Shown here: in pieces, positions 59,500 through 64,000 of the stretch
Layout: each line of letters begins with the position of its first letter
Numbering within the stretch: position 1 is the first letter of the stretch
Assembly: GCA_943372275.1 (NCBI GenBank)
Contig: CALRYE020000004.1
Coordinates: 1,730-65,729 of the forward strand
Source: Janthinobacterium lividum
GTDB taxonomy: Bacteria > Pseudomonadota > Gammaproteobacteria > Burkholderiales > Burkholderiaceae_D
Reading direction: 5' to 3'
Length of the DNA: 64,000 nucleotides
Notes under the pieces: generated by a model
The model's input: only the letters and a program-made list of their open reading frames with translations
What the model was told of the DNA's origin: nothing
Databases searched by the model: none
Translations under genes and position numbers: made by a program

Positions 59500-60369
59500 T
59501 CAGGCCGGGTCCATGGCCAGCGCGATCTGTTCCATCAGGCTGTCGCGGTATGCAATGAAGCGCGGCAGGCTGCGGGTGGCGCGCATGCTGCGCGGGCGCG
59601 GCAGGTCGATGTCGACGATGCTCTGGATGCCGCCCGGCGCCTTGCCCAGCACCACCACGCGGTCGGCCAGGAACACGGCTTCGTCGATGTCGTGGGTGAT
59701 GAACAGCGTGGTCTGGCCCAGCATCGACCACAGCCGCAAGGTCTCTTCGTTCATGGCGTTGCGGGTGATCGCGTCGAGCGCGGCGAACGGCTCGTCCATC
59801 AGCAGCAGCGCCGGCTCCAGCGCCAGCGTGCGCGCCAGCGACACGCGCTGCTGCATGCCGCCGGAGAGCTGGTGCGGCAGCTTGTCGGCCGCGTGCTCGA
59901 GGCCAACCAGCGCCAGATAATCGCGGGCCTTGGCGTACTGCGCCGGTTCGTCCGGCTGGCCGGCCATGCGCAGGCCGAAGCGGGCGTTTTCCAGCGCACT
60001 CAGCCATGGGAACAGTTGGGGTGTTTGGAACACGTAGCCCAGCTCCGGCATTTCGGGCCGTACTGGAACACCGTCCAGCAGCACCTTGCCGCGCTGCGGT
60101 TGCTGAAAGCCCGACAGCAGGTTCAGCAAGGTGGTCTTGCCGCAGCCCGACGGCCCCAGGATGGCGACGAATTCGCCCCGTTCGACGTGCAGTGACAGGC
60201 CGGCAAACACCTGCTGCCCGCCGGGCCAGGCGAAGTCGACAGCGTCGATTTGCAGCGCAGGCATGGTCGCCGGCACCGTTCCTTGGGTGAGGGGAACGGC
60301 CGGCGCGGCGTCCGCGTGGAACGGCAATGTGGTCTGAGGCGCGAGGCGCAGGGTGGCGTGGTCTGGCAT
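59500..60369 (-). CDS. ABC transporter ATP-binding protein (NitT/TauT family)
   Basis: The start is at MPDHATL (ATG 60369). Walker A GPSGCGKTT, signature LSGGMQQR, Walker B LLLMDEPFAALD. Confidence 0.85.
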   Translation of the reverse strand: MPDHATLRLAPQTTLPFHADAAPAVPLTQGTVPATMPALQIDAVDFAWPGGQQVFAGLSLHVERGEFVAILGPSGCGKTTLLNLLSGFQQPQRGKVLLDGVPVRPEMPELGYVFQTPQLFPWLSALENARFGLRMAGQPDEPAQYAKARDYLALVGLEHAADKLPHQLSGGMQQRVSLARTLALEPALLLMDEPFAALDAITRNAMNEETLRLWSMLGQTTLFITHDIDEAVFLADRVVVLGKAPGGIQSIVDIDLPRPRSMRATRSLPRFIAYRDSLMEQIALAMDPA

Positions 60370-60510
60370 GACATTATGTACAGCGCGTTTGCTAGAGAAC
60401 TGCAATAATACGTTCTAATACAAGTTGGTTTAAGCCGGTTTTTCGCGCTTGTATATTTGTAAACCGACGGGTGGCGATGCCGCCTTCGATCCACCTTCTG
60501 GCAGCATGCG

Positions 60511-61248
60511 ATGTTCCTGACCCGCGATACCACCACCCCGCTGCAACAGCAGATAGCCGACGTGCTGACGCAAGAAATCAATGCCGGCGCGTTTGAGCCA
60601 TCCGGCAAGCTGCCGTCCGAAGCGGACCTGTGCCGCCGCTTCGAAGTCAGCCGCGTGACGGTGCGGCTGGCGCTGGATAAACTCAGCGGCGTGGGCGCGG
60701 TCGAGCGCAAGCAGGGCAAAGGCACGTACGTGGCCGGCAAGCAGGTGCGTCACGGACTGGACCAGCTGCGCAGCTTTCACGAATCGCTGCTGCTGCAAGG
60801 GCTCAAGGCCGACATGCGCCTGCTGTCGCGCCAGCTGATTGCCGTGCCGGAGCGCATGCGCGCACTGGCCGGGGCCGAAGACGGCCACTGCGTGCTGCTG
60901 GAACGGCTGCATCTTGTCGACGGCGCGCCCATCGCGCTGGGGCGCAATTATCTGACGCCGGCGGTAGCCGGGGTCGACGCCGGGCGCGTCGCGCGCCAGC
61001 CGGCCTATTCCATGCTGGCCGACCTGACCGGGCTGCAGGTGGTGCGCGCCGACATCGCCATTCAGGTCGGCTACGCCGACGACGCCGTGGCCGCCGCGCT
61101 GGAGGTCGCCCCGGGCAGCGCCCTGCTGCTGATGGAACGCAGCTCGTACTTTGCCGACGGGCGCTGCTGCGATGTGTCGCAGTTCCACATCCGGCCGGAG
61201 CGCTATGCGTTTGTGATCAAATCCCATTTCAGCGGCGGCACGCTATAA
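60511..61248 (+). CDS. GntR-family transcriptional regulator, HutC subfamily (wHTH + UTRA)
   Basis: KLPSEADLCRRFEVSRVTVRLALDKLSGVGAVERKQGKGTYV. The C-terminal effector domain is ~150 aa. Divergent from the ABC operon. Confidence 0.85.
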   Translation: MFLTRDTTTPLQQQIADVLTQEINAGAFEPSGKLPSEADLCRRFEVSRVTVRLALDKLSGVGAVERKQGKGTYVAGKQVRHGLDQLRSFHESLLLQGLKADMRLLSRQLIAVPERMRALAGAEDGHCVLLERLHLVDGAPIALGRNYLTPAVAGVDAGRVARQPAYSMLADLTGLQVVRADIAIQVGYADDAVAAALEVAPGSALLLMERSSYFADGRCCDVSQFHIRPERYAFVIKSHFSGGTL

Positions 61249-61427
61249 AAACGGCATGATCAACCGAGCAAGCTGTTGCGCCCGCGCAGCATAGCTAGCA
61301 CTGCTGCAAGTTAGCCGCCTCAGAGGGAGACCACGCCAACTTCACAAATTCTTACAAACAGACGTTTGTACTGTTGCCGCACATCATCTACCATGCCCGC
61401 ATGCCTCACTCATCAGGAACTTTTGCC

Positions 61428-61610
61428 ATGGAAGATGCAACCGGAACCACGCTTGCTCCCCGTCCCCGTCCACGCGCCCGCTATACGCTGGAAGCGCGCT
61501 GGCCGCACCGCGCCGTGCCGACCACCGCCAACGGGCCGCAGCCCGATTTAACGCCCATCGAAACGGCGATTGCGGAACTGAACGCGCGCGCCAAGGTCAC
61601 AGCGCCATAA
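61428..61610 (+). CDS. Possible small hypothetical protein (60 aa)
   Basis: MEDATGTTLAPRPRPRARYTLEARW...IAELNARAKVTAP. AGGAAC lies ~8 nt upstream and third-position GC is moderately high. No recognisable family. Confidence 0.25.
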   Translation: MEDATGTTLAPRPRPRARYTLEARWPHRAVPTTANGPQPDLTPIETAIAELNARAKVTAP

Positions 61611-61781
61611 TCGTTGGCCGGGGCGCGGCGATTCGCGCGCCTGCGTTTCATGAGCTCCATCTCTTCACGTAAATCGGTCGCCCAAGCCGTGCCGCCCGGC
61701 CTTCGACGCGCTCGCAATATTCGAGCACGAGGCCGCACGCTTCGTATAAACTTGCACGGGATACATCGCTAGCGTTGCACT

Positions 61782-64000
61782 ATGCAGACAACTGCTTGCG
61801 CTTCCCTTCCAACGTCCCGCGAACCCGGCAGCGAAGCTGGCACTATGGTCTCATCGAACGACACGTCGTTTAACGAACTGTTCAAGGCGCACCCCATTCC
61901 CATGTGGGTGTACGACCTCGACACGCTTGCGTTTTTGGCGGTCAACACGGCGGCCATCGAGCACTACGGCTGGTCCGAAGCGGAGTTCCTGCAGCTGACC
62001 ATCTGCGACCTGCGCCCCGCCGCCGAACTGCCCAAGCTGCACGCCAACCTGGCCAGCGCCCCGCGCGACCGGCTGGAGAAATCCGGCATCTGGGTGCACC
62101 GCAAGCGCGACGGCAGCCTGATCGATGTGGAAATCAGCTCGCACCCGCTGCGCTTCCACGACCGCGCGTGCAAGTTCGTGCTGGCCCACGATGTCACGGC
62201 GCGCCTGCAAAGCGAACAGAAGATCGCCCGCCTGAACCGGGTCTACGCGGTGCTCTCGGGGATTAATTCGGCCATCGTGCGCATCCGCGACCGCACCGCC
62301 CTGTTCCAGGAAGCCTGCCGCCTGGCCACCAACGAAGGCGGCTTCGCCACCGCGTGCCTGGCGCTGGTGAGCGGCGCCACCCTGACCAACGTGGCCCACG
62401 CCGGGCGCGCGCTGCCGGCCCGCCCGGCTGCGCTGGAACCATACTGGACGGCCCAGCGCGCGGCGCAGGAGCGCATCACCGTGGTGTGCAACGACATCGC
62501 CACCGATCCCGTGCTGGCGCCCCTGCGCGCGCACCTGCTGGCGCGCGGCTTCGGCGCGGTGGCGTCGTTTCCGCTGATGGTGGGCGGGCGGCCCATCGCC
62601 GTGCTCACGCTGCTGTCGGCCACGCCGGGCGTGTTCGACCCGGACGAGATGAAGATCCTGCACGAACTGGCCGGCGATCTGGCGTTCGCGCTGCTGTTCT
62701 TCGACCGCGAAGAGCAGATCAGCTATCTGGCCTACCACGACGTGATGACGGCGCTGCCGAACCGGCGCCTGTTCCTCGACCGCCTGGCGCACCTGCTGCA
62801 GCCGGGCGCGGGTGGGGGCGCGGTCGCGGTGGTGCTGCTGAACCTGGACCGCTTCGCCCAGCTGAACGATGCGCTGGGGCGCCATGCCGGCGACGCGCTG
62901 CTGGCGCAGATCGGCCAGCGCCTCTCGGGCCGCATTCCCGCCTCGGGCAACGCGGCCCGCATCGGCGGCGACACCTTCGCCCTGACCTTCGCCGACCTGC
63001 CGCGCGCCGAGGACGCCGCCAGACTGCTGCAGGACGCCGTGTTCGGCGTGCTCGACCAGCCGTACATGGTGGGCGACCAGGAAGTGCGCATCTCCACGCG
63101 CGCCGGACTGGCCGTGTATCCCACCGACGGGCCGGACGCGGAAACGCTGTTCAAGCATGCCGAGGCGGCGCTCAAGAACGCCAAGTCGAGCGGCGAGCGC
63201 TACCTGTTCTACGCGCCGCGCATGAACGCGGCACTGGCGGCGCGCCTGACGCTGGAACACGAGCTGCAGACGGCGCTCGAGCAGCGCCAGTTCGTCATGG
63301 TCTACCAGCCGCGGGTGGACCTGCACAGCGGGCGCATCGTCAGCGCCGAAGCGCTGATCCGCTGGAACCATCCGCAGCGCGGCCTGGTCGGCCCCAACGA
63401 CTTCATCGCGCTGGCCGAGGAAACCGGCTTGATCCGCCCCATCGGGGCCTGGGTGATCGACGCGGTGTGCACCCAGCAGCAGGCCTGGCAGGACGCCGGC
63501 GTGCCCGCCGTGCCGCTGGCGATCAACCTGTCGGCGGTGCAGTGCGCCCAGGCCGAACTGCTCGATTGCATCGCCGGCGCACTGACGTCGCACCGGCTGG
63601 CGCGCGGCTGCATCGAGTTCGAGCTGACCGAGACGGCCGTGATGAACAATCCCGACGACGCCGCGCGCAACCTGCACGGACTCAAGGCGCTGGGCGTGCA
63701 GCTGTCGCTGGACGACTTCGGCACCGGCTACTCGTCGCTGGCGCAACTGAAGCGCTTCCCGTTCGACTTCGTCAAGATCGACCGCTCGTTCGTGGCCGGG
63801 GTCGACACCAATGCCGAAGACGCCGCCATCGTGGCCGCCATCATCGCCATGGCGCACAGCCTGGGCATGCGCGTGGTGGCCGAGGGCGTGGAAACGGAAG
63901 CGCAGCTGGCGGTGCTGCGCGCGCTGCGCTGCGACGAGCTGCAGGGGTATTACTTCAGCCGTCCCGTGCCGGCGCACGACTTCGAGGCGCTGCTGCGGCA
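61782..64000 (+). CDS. PAS-GAF-GGDEF-EAL signalling protein (3' end beyond window); GGDEF motif degenerate (GGDTF)
   Basis: Absent from the ORF track because there is no stop in the window; the 61851..63977 minus ORF is its shadow. The PAS domain reads FNELFKAHPIPMWVYDLD. The GGDEF region reads ARIGGDTFALTF. The EAL region has SAEALIRW, LSLDDFGTGYSSL, KIDRSF and AEGVET. An alternative start is at 61845. Confidence 0.85.
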   Translation, partial: MQTTACASLPTSREPGSEAGTMVSSNDTSFNELFKAHPIPMWVYDLDTLAFLAVNTAAIEHYGWSEAEFLQLTICDLRPAAELPKLHANLASAPRDRLEKSGIWVHRKRDGSLIDVEISSHPLRFHDRACKFVLAHDVTARLQSEQKIARLNRVYAVLSGINSAIVRIRDRTALFQEACRLATNEGGFATACLALVSGATLTNVAHAGRALPARPAALEPYWTAQRAAQERITVVCNDIATDPVLAPLRAHLLARGFGAVASFPLMVGGRPIAVLTLLSATPGVFDPDEMKILHELAGDLAFALLFFDREEQISYLAYHDVMTALPNRRLFLDRLAHLLQPGAGGGAVAVVLLNLDRFAQLNDALGRHAGDALLAQIGQRLSGRIPASGNAARIGGDTFALTFADLPRAEDAARLLQDAVFGVLDQPYMVGDQEVRISTRAGLAVYPTDGPDAETLFKHAEAALKNAKSSGERYLFYAPRMNAALAARLTLEHELQTALEQRQFVMVYQPRVDLHSGRIVSAEALIRWNHPQRGLVGPNDFIALAEETGLIRPIGAWVIDAVCTQQQAWQDAGVPAVPLAINLSAVQCAQAELLDCIAGALTSHRLARGCIEFELTETAVMNNPDDAARNLHGLKALGVQLSLDDFGTGYSSLAQLKRFPFDFVKIDRSFVAGVDTNAEDAAIVAAIIAMAHSLGMRVVAEGVETEAQLAVLRALRCDELQGYYFSRPVPAHDFEALLR

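Noticed and set aside
61851-63977. 708-aa minus-strand ORF
   Set aside because: It is a shadow of the PAS-GAF-GGDEF-EAL gene, whose motifs are unambiguous on the + strand. That + ORF is missing from the track only because it has no stop within the window.

Overview
The window is a high-GC chromosomal segment with betaproteobacterial gene content, most like Oxalobacteraceae (Janthinobacterium/Massilia); that taxonomic guess is inference. I support about 55 protein-coding genes and found no rRNA, tRNA, CRISPR array, transposase or integrase.

**Housekeeping backbone**
- Core genes: nrdA (partial), ffh, proS, rppH, parE/parC and argH.
- Two monohaem cytochromes c, a MoxR/VWA pair and ybdK.
- Two paralogous NitT/TauT-type ABC transporters and TRAP membrane subunits.
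- A PilS/PilR-like sigma54 two-component module.
- A PAS-GAF-GGDEF-EAL protein, partial at the right edge.

**Clearest accessory region (about 22.4-29.4 kb)**
- It is an orphan type VI secretion island: vgrG, a DUF4123 adaptor, DUF3304, a Tle1-family (DUF2235) lipase and a second DUF3304.
- It is visibly more A/T-rich than its flanks.
- It contains a recognisable scar of a second, deleted adaptor/effector cassette.

**Other points worth follow-up**
- An HscC-like Hsp70 and a polytopic membrane J-like protein with RPD in place of HPD are translationally coupled between parE and parC. A near-consensus LexA box lies in the upstream divergent promoter.
- A secreted cyanophycinase is divergent from an AstE/AspA-family hydrolase plus a YfcC transporter.
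- A secreted protein is built of eleven 11-residue repeats.
- A ferritin-like/Fer4_19/2xCDGSH fusion protein.
- A PHP-like hydrolase is coupled to an ABC importer and a GntR regulator.
- An octanucleotide tandem repeat sits next to a structured element of about 100 bp, duplicated.
- A dispersed REP-like hairpin family occurs in at least five intergenic loci.

**Limits**
- All family assignments come from motifs read in the translations. No database search was possible.
- Most long ORFs antisense to the called genes are GC-rich shadow ORFs.
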